From Ylistrum balloti (taxonomy: Eukaryota), in contig NW_026781874.1 of assembly GCF_031769215.1 (NCBI RefSeq), positions 62,001 to 126,000 of the forward strand: 64,000 nucleotides of DNA. The letters are read 5' to 3'. The notes beneath the pieces are model-generated. The model searched no databases. It was not told the origin of the DNA and saw nothing but the letters and a program-made list of their open reading frames with translations. The position numbers and the translations under genes are program-made. Shown here one piece after another: positions 38,593 through 51,632 of this stretch; within the stretch, counting starts at the first letter, position 1, and the number at the start of each line of letters is the position of its first letter.

Positions 38593-38718
38593 TTAGTCGA
38601 CTTTTTTCCAGATATGTCCATCATCCACCAGATAATGCCATGGTTTCAGACGGTATTGGTAATATGCTGAAGATATCTCAAAAATATGTCCAGCACAGAG
38701 GGACCGAAGGTTTAACAG
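38593..38718 (-). pseudogene. Possible decayed F-box motif between the SLC5 paralogs
   Basis: LLNLRSLCAGHIFEISSAYYQYRLKPWHYLVDDGHIWKKVD* resembles F-box L..LP....IF.YL....VC.RW..L..D..LW..VDL; the adjacent frame supplies RYL..V*. Eyeball only. Confidence 0.25.
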
Positions 38719-38996
38719 ACAGCACTGTTTATAAGATTTTGAAACCCCATCTTATCTAAAACGAACTCCAATGTAATCTCGATAAAACAAATAGATTAAA
38801 AAAATGGAGATACCATATTTTAACATCACGCCAAACGCGAACCGTCACTGAATTGGACCTGGAGAGTTTACGTTGATGTAGTATTCTATACTAATTTCAT
38901 TTTTTCATGCATGAAAATTACTAAATGTATTCAATTATGGGGCTGCTGCAACTCTCCGTCCGGATTTTGACTTTAGGCTTCAAACTTTAGGCCCTT

Positions 38997-39042
38997 AGCA
39001 TCACTGACATGTCCTAGAATGACGAAACACCTGTATGTTGCA
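38997..39042 (+). ncRNA. Degenerate hammerhead-like motif (same family)
   Basis: AGCATCA-CTGACAT-GTC-CTAGAAT-GAC-GAAAC-ACCT-GTA-TGTTGCA: stem II, GAAAC and GUA intact, core CUGACGA mutated to CUGACAU. Confidence 0.55.
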
Positions 39043-39229
39043 ATTTGATTTATTGTTTATCTATTGTTTGCCTCTACTGTATCTTACTCTAAATTGTTAA
39101 AAGGTGCTATTCACTTGTGTGTATTTTGTACAGTCTTTGTAAATGAACATGATTTCTGAGTGTACATATATGTTCGCCTACAAAGACAATAACTAGTAAC
39201 GTATGTCAATAGTTGTCCAAGCAGTCACT

Positions 39230-42200
39230 TTAATTAAAATATGCAATAAGAACTGTGGTTATGATGATAATGATTACAGCAGATATGTTTAAAACACGTC
39301 TCCAGAAAGGCTTTTCCTCAAATGACAGATCCTTCTCTCGTTGTTTATGAGTGTCCTCTGTTTCCCATGTGCTTTGTTGTCTTGTATCCCCGGTCCTTCC
39401 ACACATCCACATCATACATAAAGTTTTTAATCTATTAGATGAACCTGAAATATAATAATGTATTTTGGTCAAATTATATCAATTTTGCATTCATTTTGGT
39501 TCATTGCTGTAGCAAATCATTTTTTGTTGTATTACAGTTAACCTATTTTATAAGCATGCGCTCATATATATATATATGTATATAATGAATAAAAACAGTT
39601 CACCTTTAGATTCTGGTAGCTGTATTTCCATTTCATTAATGACTGTGTTTTCATCTTCTTCTGCTTTAGAAGCTATCATACAACTGCCTTCTTTCTGAGT
39701 ACTCTTTTCACTCTTTTCTTCGTCATCCTCCTCCTCGTCTTCTGTGTCAGGATCTGGGAAGTTCTTGTCCTTGCGAGTCCACCACGTAACACGTCTAAGC
39801 TGAAATCACATTATATACGGTACATCGACACATATGCTACATTAATTTCATTTATAATATAAAAACGTGAAATCAAAGGTTTACAAGTACAAGCGTGAGC
39901 AATACTAACATTAAAGAATAATTATAATAGGTCAATTTNNNNNNNNNNNNNNNNNNNNNNNNNNNNNNNNNNNNNNNNNNNNNNNNNNNNNNNNNNNNNN
40001 NNNNNNNNNNNNNNNNNNNNNNNNNNNNNNNNNNNNNNNNNNNNNNNNNNNNNNNNNNNNNNNNNNNNNATTGATATACCAATAATTTGTGACGTCAGAA
40101 ACTTTCTTACGAAACATTAACTTATCAGGATATATGTCATTAATGTAATAACAAAAGCTCGAAAATATGTATATATCTTGGTAAAATGTCACAGGAATGG
40201 ATCCGTTTTTTAATGACTAGGGATTTAAGTTATATCAAGCTTTTACTGCCTATTGGGCAACAATATAGTATCCAACGAGAGTTGAGAACTAAGCTTTAGA
40301 GCATACATTGTAGATTACATTGCAGTAGCCCAAGTAAACCATATTCTTATGTCTTCAATAATGTCAAACGACATGCTTGAAGCCGAGATCGAGATTTCAA
40401 ATACATTTTACCTAATAACTAATAATGACCTAGATTAAATAAATGTGTGACTCTAAAACCTGTAAAGACGATATAAAAAAATCAAAGTAAGTTCTGTGTA
40501 GGTAGTATGTTTTCTTGTTACCTTCCTTTCTGGCCGTGGTTCTGTCAAAAGGCTAATGACAACCATACATATTGTAGTAAACACGGCTAAGATAATCGCA
40601 AAATGAAGAAAGTCCACATCAGCAATTATAGATGGGCGTTCGTCTACCTCTCCGCTACCACATAAAGGTGCAGCGTACGTAAAATCTAGCACCATCCGAA
40701 CAATCCCAACTACAAGACTCAGGATCAGTCCCCAAAAGCCACCCTAGAGAAAAGTAAGAGAAAAAAGTATTTCTGGAATATGAAAATAGATGAAATTGAG
40801 AGCTTTAATGTGTATTTCTACATTTTTTCAAGTAGATTCAATTTACAAAACTTTTTGAAATGTTAATAGCCCAATTTTCAGTTGATATTACTTTGAACGG
40901 TAAAATTTTCAGCCATATTTTCAACTGAATGAAAGCAACAAAATAAAGCCGTTTCGTGTTTACCGCCTCCGTAGTTCTTTTCCAGAAAATACCAAGCATA
41001 AATAGCATACACCAAGGTGGGATAAGATAGGAGCGGATGGACTGCATATAAAACCAGAACAATCCTCCCTGGACCTTCTCTAGGATAGGTAACCATAGGA
41101 TACTAGTGGCTACCATCACTAGCACGGTCAGTCTGCCAACTATCATCAGTTCCATTTCAGAAGCGCGTTTTCTTGCTACACGCCATATGTCTAAGGTCAC
41201 TATAGAACTGGCACTATTGAGGATTGACGTCATGGAACTCATAAGAGCGGCGATAAGTGCCGCCAACATTAATCCACGTAGTCCTGAATGTATAAACAGA
41301 CTTCGCCTATGATAATTAGAGTAACAGTTTTATTTCAACAACAATTGTTCACGATTCAACTACATTATTGTATTTGGTCAGTGCCAATGATTTGCAACAT
41401 ACTTGTGCAACAGGAATACAAAAAAAAAACAACATTGTTGCTTAATTTATCTTGATGGTAATTGGCGCCATTTTGCTCAAATCAAACAAAACTCATTTCG
41501 AGAAAACACATATCTGCAGAAAGTGATAAATATGAAGCAGAAGACGCTTGCTCTTAAGGAACACCAGGTTTTAGTTTTGTATTTTCAAACAAAGACCATG
41601 AATGTTTTTTCATGTTTTGCCCAAGCTGTACTAAATTTGAGTTTGGATTATGACGGTGTCTACGGTGTTTTCCCCTTTACTTCAAAATACTTAAGAGACT
41701 GTGAACTTAACAAACTATATTGTCGTGTTCTATGCATGACGTACCCGTTGGGAGAAATCGCAATACCAACAGTGGATAAGCCATGTTGGAACAGCCAGCT
41801 GGATTACCACACAGTTTACTACACGTGGTAGGATCAGCACATGCAACTTCGTCTGTACGGAGTAATACAGGATTTAAGTATGTTTACATTTCTCATAATC
41901 TCGCTTTTGTGAAACAAATGTCGACATAGATTATATTTGTTTCTAAAATACAATCAAAATTAGAAAAGAGTCCTTACAATTTTTTTCATCCCCATCAATA
42001 GCCGTGATTTTGCTATAGACCTTAACGATTATTCTGACTTAAAAAAGAATTGTAAAGAATTATATTGTCCATCAGTCAGAATATCATACTAGTCAGCCTG
42101 GAATTTTACAACTTATAAAGTTTTATGTAGTTATGATAATTGGCGATTAATTTATTAAAGATTTATTTGTAAAATTGCATATTGTTTTTAATTAACAAAT

Positions 42201-45200
42201 GGGCAATGTATAAAAAAATCATGCTAAAGATATGATCCCAATGTTATTAATATAACTGCCACGTTTTACTTTGATGTCATCGCTTACACTTCAGGAATAT
42301 CTGGCCTCATTTTCATGAATCTAGAATATGTATTGTTCCTACAATTTCTATCTTAACCTGTATAACTTTTTTTCTTCACAAATCTAGCTCAACTTTGCAG
42401 GTCTATAGTTTGATGATGTTTGCTTTAGTTTCATTGAATCTGAGTTTGAATTATGATTCTGTTGGCATGTCTTTATTTTCCTTCTTCTTTATACAAGTCA
42501 TAACGTAGGTATGGTATATATCATGCTTTCGCAGCTGTCAGAAGAAAATCTAATATATTTCCCAAGTTCTTTACATCACTTTACCAAGACAGTGACAAGC
42601 AGTTTCAATGACACTCTTACCTGGAAATAAAATCCTGCTAACCATCCCTGGTATTAGGTATAGAAAGAAGGGAAGTATCTTAAGGCAAGCTCCAAGTATG
42701 GACCCAGCTTTTGCATGTGATATGGATTTGGCTGCCAGACATCTTTGAACAATCAGCTGTTTGTTTGATAGATATAATAAGCTTCATAGAATAAATCATA
42801 AAGACACATCTGTTACATATAATGGAAAACGGGATAGATATTATTACCATAAGTATTTTTGTAATTATATTCTGTTCCTTTACCTGATCATGACACCAAA
42901 CGTATAGTCCTAGGGTAGATAATCCAAACAAAGATCCGGTCCATGGTATGTCGCCTGTCTTTGGGTTCCTCAGAATAGTAAACGAGTCTTCCCTTGGCAG
43001 TCCACATGAATAAAACGTTTTATTCATTAACGTTTCGTTAGCAACAGCATTCATGTATTTGTCATGTAGTCCTCTCCAGCCTCCGACTTCTGTGTATGCT
43101 TTAATGTAAGAAATGAAACGATGTTTACATTAACTGCATTGATATTGTTAAGGTATCTAGTGAAAAGTTTGTGTATTGATATTTGTAAGTGTTATGGATT
43201 TTAAAGCTGTAGTTAACCTATATAATTATATATGAAGATTTTCTATTGCGATGTATTGTAAATATTGCAAAACCCCATTCAACCTAAAAAATAACTACTG
43301 ACTTACACAAGGCAAACAAGACTATAGATCCGGCCAGCAGGACAACTGTCTGAAGGGTATCAGTGTATATTACTGACGTTAAGCCACCTAGAAAACGGAG
43401 AAAAATAACCAATCAAATTATATATGAAATGGAATCGTATTATAACATCTAGCTTCAATAATGATGCGACTTATAGTTTCATCAAGGAAAGGATTTTATT
43501 ATAACAAAATACCAGCAACGAACAATAAATACACGAGGTTGCATGACCTTTTTGTCCCCAATTTATAAAGAGTCTGAATTAATTAATTTCTAATTCGATT
43601 TAACTTCAAAATGCTTGCAAATATTTTACCTACGATGGTGTATACCGCCGTAACAAGAAGTATGATGACCACACACAGGTACATATTCCAGCCTAACAGT
43701 TGTTTGAGAAATACCCCTCCGGAATAAATTTCTATCTGTAAAAACATGTTTACATCGATCTATAATTTAATACATAGTATTTTCAATATTCTTTGCAAAG
43801 TAACTTCGGCGATTTTTTCAGACAGATGACATACATCGGAAAGCTCTGCTGTCATAAATAAATTCAAAAGGAAGTAGCTTATCATACTCATATGACTTAA
43901 GCATGCTTCTATGTTATTGTAAATGTTTCCTCTATCAACATTCGGGGGGGGGGGGGGTGTGCGTTTTTCCTTATGATGCTAATGGGGAAAACGAGTTTCT
44001 TTATCACTTATGTGATTCCAGGCTTATAGTGAGAATCACTTGAAATTGTCCTGGATTTAAACAGCAAGATGATGAAACAGCACAAATGACTTCCCCCATG
44101 AATTTAATCTTCTCCTTTCAATTTTGCAAACGTTTCGTTAATATCATTTTAAATAAATTATTTTACACATATTTCCTTCTAAAATATTATCTTAGTCGCC
44201 CATACATACCGAAATGTTGAACAGAACAAATCCGATAAGAGCAAATATAGAAGAATAAATTCGGATCCGCTTTCCTCCATATCTTTTTCTAAGGTAACCT
44301 GGTGTCGTGAAGACCTTAAATAGAAAAAATATCTTGCTTTCACTGTTTTATATTTGTTAATATTTTAGCAGACCAAAACAAATGATGTACTGACATTGTG
44401 GGCTTCCAGTAGTAATTGCTCAGTGTCAGGACATTAGAATGTTAATTCACATCAGTATAGCATCTTAACCGGATACACTTTACTATAACAATTTAACTTG
44501 TCCTTACTGTTACCTCATTTATATGTGGACCTGAAAACGACACCAGGGAGTATCGACTGTGTAAAATGTGTGATCTCAGTCTGACTAACATATAGACAAG
44601 TTTTACCTATATTTGTCTAATTGCTATCTCATATCCTGTAACTTATATCAAATGTATATTTTGAAAAAATGTTGAACATATGTGATGTTGTGCAGTCGTT
44701 TGTGATTGTTGAGTTTAAGCTCTGTAGGCGACTTTCAGCCTTCGATGTTTGCTGTAACCATTTATGCAATATTAAAATTCGTATGGAAAACTCTTTGGTT
44801 CAAGGTCCAGGTTATTCATATATACTTGACTTTCAATTTTCTCCAGAATGAAAGTGTGGTGTATTAATTGAATTATTGGTAAAAGACCTTCCTAATATTT
44901 GTTTCATATAACTTTGATTTGGCTAATATCTCTGCTAGATTTCCAAACTTTCGCTTCTGATATCAATGTTTGTCATTAGACTAGGCTAATAAAGCGTGAA
45001 ATATGCTATAGACTCGTTCGCACGTTATACTTCCACTATACTTACAGACTGCAACTCATATAACCATTGCCGAAATTATCATCTTGATACCTATCCAACA
45101 AGACGTATACACAGGGACAAAAATCCACCCCAGTAAGATACTTACCCCACAAGACGTATACACAGGGACAAAAATCCACCCCAGTAAGATACTTACCCCA

Positions 45201-47501
45201 CAAGACGTATACACAGGGACAAAAATCCAACCCAGTAATATAAGGAAATACACAGCCTGTAAAACAATCGTATGTCATTATAATATCATTATCACATTAA
45301 GATAATTAAATCAAATGATGCCATGTTAGTCATTCCATACCATATCTTAAGAAAAATGGCACTTGTATGGCATGCCCCCAACATGGACAAGACTTAATAC
45401 TGAAATGACTACAATCTTTAGAAGGAAAAATAAAATTAGGTGAAAATTAATTCCAACGAAAACCAATTTTTAACAAAAGTGGTAAAATTGATATCACGTG
45501 TCATTTAACTTATCATGTCTACTGACAATCCATTCATAGATGATGACAGCGATGCCTGAAGCAGCGGCGGATCCAGCTATCCCTATGAACATCGGGGCTC
45601 CAATGTTACTAGCGAATATGGAGGCACCAACCTGTATAAATTGAGTCGTATAAAATTGTGAAAACCTGATTTTTTACAAAGACAAACATGTGTGTATTTT
45701 CTTCAAAGAAAGGTGACATACACTTTTTATGAATTTGACACGATATTACATTTCGATTTTTAGTCAAATTTAATTCAGAGTGCATTTTGTCTTTTTATGA
45801 GATAAAAATATTCCACTCAATTATGAAACAAGGAGATGTTTGTTTTGACAATCATTTATTGCTATTTTTATTCCATTTTATGACACCTTATACAGAAAAT
45901 CTGTATTTGTTTAATGAATATATTTTCAAATGAACCCTTAAATGTGTTTTGGTGAAGTTTTTTTTGTGAAGGTGAATTAACCCAAAAAAACTGTCACCTG
46001 TACGCATCGCTACCGTTAGTTAGACTTTTTAGTGTAAACTTCTTTGCGGATTTTCACAAAGTGCACATAGGTTTTTTTTAGTATCAATTTATCTAACTCG
46101 TTCCCTGAATCAAAGTCAGGAAACATTTCTCACTCATACATACCAAAATGTTATTTGAAGTCAAGAGTCGCTCTACTTTTATATATAATAGGGGGCATAA
46201 CAAAGGGAGATTATTTGCACAATGTTTATGTGTTGGTATCCATGAGTAGTTGAAGTGATTCCCAGTAGCAATATGTCATTTAGATACACTATACGATGAA
46301 GTACCCACATACTGGTATCCAGTGCATGTTCTTTCCCGCCAAAAAATATCCATGAGCGCTGCCTTTATTTGAACGACAGGTTGACTGCAATATAAATGTA
46401 TAAAACGTCATTGTTAAGCATAACCAGATATTGAAACTTTGTCTTCGAGGTCCTGACCAAAAATAAAGCTTTAAAATACACGTAAAAATTGCGGGAGATG
46501 TATGTAAGTGAGGTCAATGTCACTATCATGGCCTCATAGAAAAAAACAAAATATTTTCTTCTTGGATGATATAAAATGTTTTTTATGGTCGTTTAAGCCC
46601 GGTAATATTGTTGTTATATTCATCAGATTCTCCTTGGAGTAAATAACTTGTATTGCATAAGATTTACATGGCGAGTGTTGTAGATAAACCAGATGACGAT
46701 TACATTTCCACTATAGAATACTTACATACACACATATATAAACATATATATATATATATATATATGATAAAAAGCCTGACAGGAGACACATCTTCGATTA
46801 TGACAATGAAGTTTGTGAACGCTATTTCTTGAAAAGTTCAAGATAAACTTTTTCAAACTTCATATGCAATAGACAATTTGTCTCATGGTGTGCCGTTTTT
46901 TATTTATGAACTTTTTTTCAGAGAAACAAAGGGTGATTAGAGACCATCTTGGATTTTGACAAAGATAGTTCGGTATCGTTAATACCTTAGAACTACATAT
47001 ATAAAGATTGGATGGATCTTTCTCAAATTTCTTGAGTGGATTCCGTTTGGTACCTAGTTGTGCCATTAATATTTTTAGAAAAGATCCGAAAGTCCAAAGA
47101 ATATGGCCGACAGTCGACCGTCTTGGATATGGCAGTTTATGAGCAAAGTTTTATATTCTCATTAGCTAAGCCAGTAGCCCGATTACTAAACTTCATATGG
47201 GAATATGATGAACTGCTCTTCCTTAGGCAGAAATTTGAAAACCCCTTTACCTTGTTAGTAACGTGTGTTCCACATCTGTATCACTTTCTGTAGGACATTG
47301 ACATGATATGAACTATAAAGTGTGACCTAGTCTAATCTCAACTTGGCTTGGATCGATTTGTTAACCGTGTCATAAAAATTGGGTTGATATATCAGAAAAT
47401 AGGGTTAATGAAAAACAACTCACCCATAGTCCCACACCGAGAACTAACACAAAGTATACCCCTATTGTTAAATAATCTTCCCATCCAAGATATTCCGCCA
47501 T
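39230..47501 (-). CDS. SLC5A-like: SLC5 sodium:solute symporter, SGLT/SMIT-like, paralog B (672 aa)
   Basis: 14 exons: 47501-47424, 46384-46313, 45631-45527, 45256-45197, 44314-44210, 43735-43630, 43387-43307, 43098-42884, 42756-42621, 41852-41745, 41283-40964, 40743-40522, 39799-39604, 39444-39230. First 12 exon lengths identical to paralog A; 2019 nt, open frame. Confidence 0.96.
39939..40069. other. Assembly gap (131 N) in an SLC5 B intron
   Basis: Run of N. Confidence 1.
45092..45240. repeat. 51-bp tandem triplication of SLC5 B exon-4 3' end plus donor
   Basis: 42 nt of exon + GTAAGTATC repeated; copy 2 differs from the exon at 1 of 42 nt; copy 3 loses the donor context. Confidence 0.95.
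46920..47340. mobile_element. Probable decayed non-autonomous interspersed repeat (Helitron/Helentron-associated type) in SLC5 B intron 1
   Basis: Contains the short palindrome ATATGGCCGAC-AGTCGACCGTCTTGGAT and CCATCTTGGATTTT, motifs I associate with such invertebrate repeats; no ends defined. Confidence 0.3.
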
Positions 47502-49385
47502 GCTTACAAAGTTCAAAGCACATACAAACACGGACACGTTGATCAAGAAGTCGCCGATAACTCTAGATAAGACCACAGTCTAGTCACCGACATAACACGA
47601 CAGCATTTGTCTAAGATTGAAATTCTGGTTTATCATAGCCTCTAAGACGAATGCACTCTTCGATAAATTCAATCAAGTTTTACATGGCAGTTTTAGTAAC
47701 TCAGCATAGATAGAAGAAATTAGAACTGTAGATTCGTATCCCTATATAAAGTTACTAGACAATAATGAGGAACATTATTTTAAGTTTAAACAATTTTTCG
47801 GTCATATTCAATGAACTATTTCACTAGTTTCTGACATGGTACCTGTGACTTAAATGATTTATCCTACAAGTGATATGTAAGCATGATCTACCTGGTCTAG
47901 CTCTCTGATCAGAATTTGGAGGACTAATGTCAAAGGTTAATATTACGAGCAAAACGGTATACACGATTCATATGACAACGGTTCAAATAACACGAAGACA
48001 AGGAGGAAGATTAAAATGACATTAACGGAAATCATGCCTTTTTCGTAAATGTCAAAAATGACATGTGATCTTATTCTCGATGAACAAGACAGGCAGTGCT
48101 GATATCAAGAAAGAAAAAAATGTAATACATGGTTTACATTTATTTTGGCGATTTTTTAAATAAAACTAAAGTAAAAAAACAAGAAAATCGGGGAATTTCA
48201 TGGAGGTGACTAGAAAGCACCTCTCTGAGTTAATCAAATTCCAAGGGTGTACAGTGTTTCTAGATCGTCAAAATTTAACGACTCAACAGTGTTCTACTGC
48301 CGATTCTGACTGGTTACAAGGACTCAGCATATAATTTTACAAATCTAATTTACAGGTCATCGATGTTTTCGCCAGTTAGATCAAGAATAATTCTGTTTTC
48401 ATGGCTGACCAGATTTGGTTTGATATTTTATTTCCATTTACTACAGTAGGCCTGTGCGTCAGGTGACGGGAGTCCTGAACACTTCCTCTGGGCCTTTAAG
48501 CTTCCGATAGGTGCGGCCTGAATAACGACTACTGAACAAGATTTTTTATTTGAATATGAAGAGAGCATGCCATCGTATATGTAAACTACCTCATGGTGTA
48601 AACAATTGGTGTAGAGAGGAAGGGGACACACTAGTAAGAATTGTAAGTGAATATGTTTGTGATTTAACACGCCATGTTTGATTCAAACATAGAACAAAAT
48701 AAATTGCAGTGTTCCTTGTAAAAATGTTAAATGCCGTGGATAACGAGCAAAAAATCAGGTCATATGTGATGTGATGTGATAGGACGGAGAAGAAATAGGA
48801 AATCTATAACTGGATATCATCCACGACAAACTCGCGAAAATTTGGAGAAATCAGGGATTTCCTATCGTGATACACTTACTTAATGATTAACATTGTATAT
48901 TAAAAACGTTGGACCCACAGAGAAACGGCATATCATCCGTGTTGTCAAAATTGCTATACATATTGCAAACATACTTATCAACAACTTGGAGACACATGCT
49001 ATAAGAATATAATATTGCTCCTCTATGCAATTTGTTTCTGAACAATGTTACCATGTATTCATGCCGTGGTAGTTTATTTCAAGCACGAGATCCATGGCAT
49101 GTAAATCTCGCGCAAATTTAATTTGGATACAGCACGCAAAATAAAAGTGCCATACTCCATAATAGGAAACAGTGAAGGAAGTGTAAAGCTTATAACTATT
49201 ATAAGTTTTATTGTTGAAATAAATAACTGCAGCTGTATTTCATCTTAACTACTCTATATCCTCATAGCAATAAAGAGAAACACAAGGAGTTATTTCCCTT
49301 GACTCAATATATTATTATGTCATATATTTTATGTATCATTATAACGAGAGGACTTAGACAAGCAAAATAGAATAAGCAGAAATTA

Positions 49386-49606
49386 TGGTGGCTGATTCGG
49401 GACATCGTAATATCTCTTTGTTAAATGGGAAGCGAGATTGCGATATTACGATAGCACGGTGCGATATCACGATATCACGATTCCATATCATCGCGCTATC
49501 GTGTTATCACTTCTTGCTATCGTGGTATCGCATCGTGGTATCGTGATATCGCAATATCGCTTCCCATTAAACGAAGCGATATTACGATGTCCCGAATCAG
49601 CCACCA
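49386..49606. mobile_element. MITE-like fold-back element, ~70-bp terminal inverted repeats, TA flanks
   Basis: TA-TGGTGGCTGATTCGGGACATCGTAATATC ... GATATTACGATGTCCCGAATCAGCCACCA-TA; first 29 nt perfectly inverted, pairing continues to about 72 nt. Confidence 0.85.
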
Positions 49607-50728
49607 TAGGAAATGGAAGAGTTACGGCTTTTGGCTCTCCACTCATCGAAAACGTTTTGAGAATCGAGGTGCCCCGAGTTTTTGTGTTTTATTTCTAATT
49701 CAAAGCACAAAACTTTTTATATAATGGCTGTCAAACAGTGATACACTATTTATCACGATATCGACATAATCATCACGGTGAGTCGACTTATCGTGATATC
49801 GCAACAATAATAACAGGCATATGACACACTATCCCTAACCTACCTCAACATCATAACCAGTTCTGGAACTTTTATCAACTTTGATGTTATTAGCGAACAG
49901 GGCAATGACCAGAATTTACATGACAAGTGTGGTCGATGAAACAGATGACTCTTACGTGTCATAGACATCTATTGTGATTCTGATAGTACTATTTCAGGGG
50001 TCTGCTGGTTAATCTGTCTTTTGTTTATATTACAATTGTTTTGTCTGTTTTGAGTTCAAATCACATTGTTTTGTTGATATTGTCTTGTTGTTTTTTAACA
50101 TACCTTGTTCAAGAATCTCGAATAAGCAATTCTATAGCATAAATATTTTGTAGGTTCTCGTTTATATCATCATTTAACTTTCGTGAACATTTTAGATGTG
50201 GAAATGCCTGATTCTTTGCAAAAGAGTTTATATCACGCCATCTTATGATAAGAAATAGACCAATACTTTTTACGGACAATATGCACAGTGCATTCTGAAG
50301 TTTGCTAAGGATATTGGATTTTCTAAATTGCTAGATCAGGATCTCTGAAGATGATAACTTTACATGATATATGTTGATCGGCTATGAATTAAGTTTTTGT
50401 AACTATCGTTTTTGGGCGTGTATATAGTCATTCGCACATATTATTTATGATATATTTTCAAGAAGGGTCTGAAAAGGTACTGATCATTCGTCAGACTTAC
50501 TTAGAAACAAAGTGTTTGTCATGTATAGATGTATGCTACCTAGTGGCGTCTGTACGACAGTATACACAGAGGCGGTCCTTACCCAATCTGCTTACACATT
50601 GATAAGCGGTGTAGGAGGGGACTAAGCAGTCACTCGTTAAAGAAGTGTGTTTTGTGAGGTTCCGTACAGAGAACGTCTGTCTGTTAGTTGTGGTAACAGA
50701 CCTGGCCTTCGTCTTTTGTTTCTTGCAG

Positions 50729-50740
50729 GATAAGGTAAGA
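50729..50740 (+). other. Candidate donor of an upstream non-coding lipoxygenase exon
   Basis: TTTTGTTTCTTGCAG-GATAAG-GTAAGA; the LOX ATG lies 1 nt after an acceptor (CATTTATCAG|A ATG), so an upstream exon is expected. Confidence 0.35.
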
Positions 50741-51255
50741 GTTTTTAAGTTAACTAGAAATTATTAATATACATCAGAGACATCCGATGTTCAATATATA
50801 TCAAATATGCCATGTAACCGCCCGAATCGACCTAAATTGTCCAATAATAACATTATAAAATATACATTTTCATTTCAGCGAATTTGGAAAGGTGATTGAA
50901 TTGAGTTATATCCGCATGCTAATTTTCAGAAAAATATCTTTGATATGTGTCATGAGTTATTTTTTTACGTCGATAAAGTTGCTACCTTAAGCAATATGCG
51001 CAATCATCGGAGTTTTTTTCAAATGATGTTTTGACACACGACGCACAGATGCACCACTTTCAGACAGTTGAACATAATCCAGCGTGATGAGACAAAACAT
51101 CCTCAGAAATAAGTACAAGCGTCCGCTGATACAGAAAAATGAAAAATCAAACTGGATCAAAACTGCTAAGATCTTACGATTCCATCTTAAATTGATAATT
51201 AGAATGTCGATGACTCCTATGTATATTGTATGAATGACTCTCTCTCTTTCTGTCT

Positions 51256-51632
51256 NNNNNNNNNNNNNNNNNNNNNNNNNNNNNNNNNNNNNNNNNNNNN
51301 NNNNNNNNNNNNNNNNNNNNNNNNNNNNNNNNNNNNNNNNNNNNNNNNNNNNNNNNNNNNNNNNNNNNNNNNNNNNNNNNNNNNNNNNNNNNNNNNNNNN
51401 NNNNNNNNNNNNNNNNNNNNNNNNNNNNNNNNNNNNNNNNNNNNNNNNNNNNNNNNNNNNNNNNNNNNNNNNNNNNNNNNNNNNNNNNNNNNNNNNNNNN
51501 NNNNNNNNNNNNNNNNNNNNNNNNNNNNNNNNNNNNNNNNNNNNNNNNNNNNNNNNNNNNNNNNNNNNNNNNNNNNNNNNNNNNNNNNNNNNNNNNNNNN
51601 NNNNNNNNNNNNNNNNNNNNNNNNNNNNNNNN
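51256..51632. other. Assembly gap (377 N), preceded by a TC-rich tract
   Basis: Run of N. Confidence 1.
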
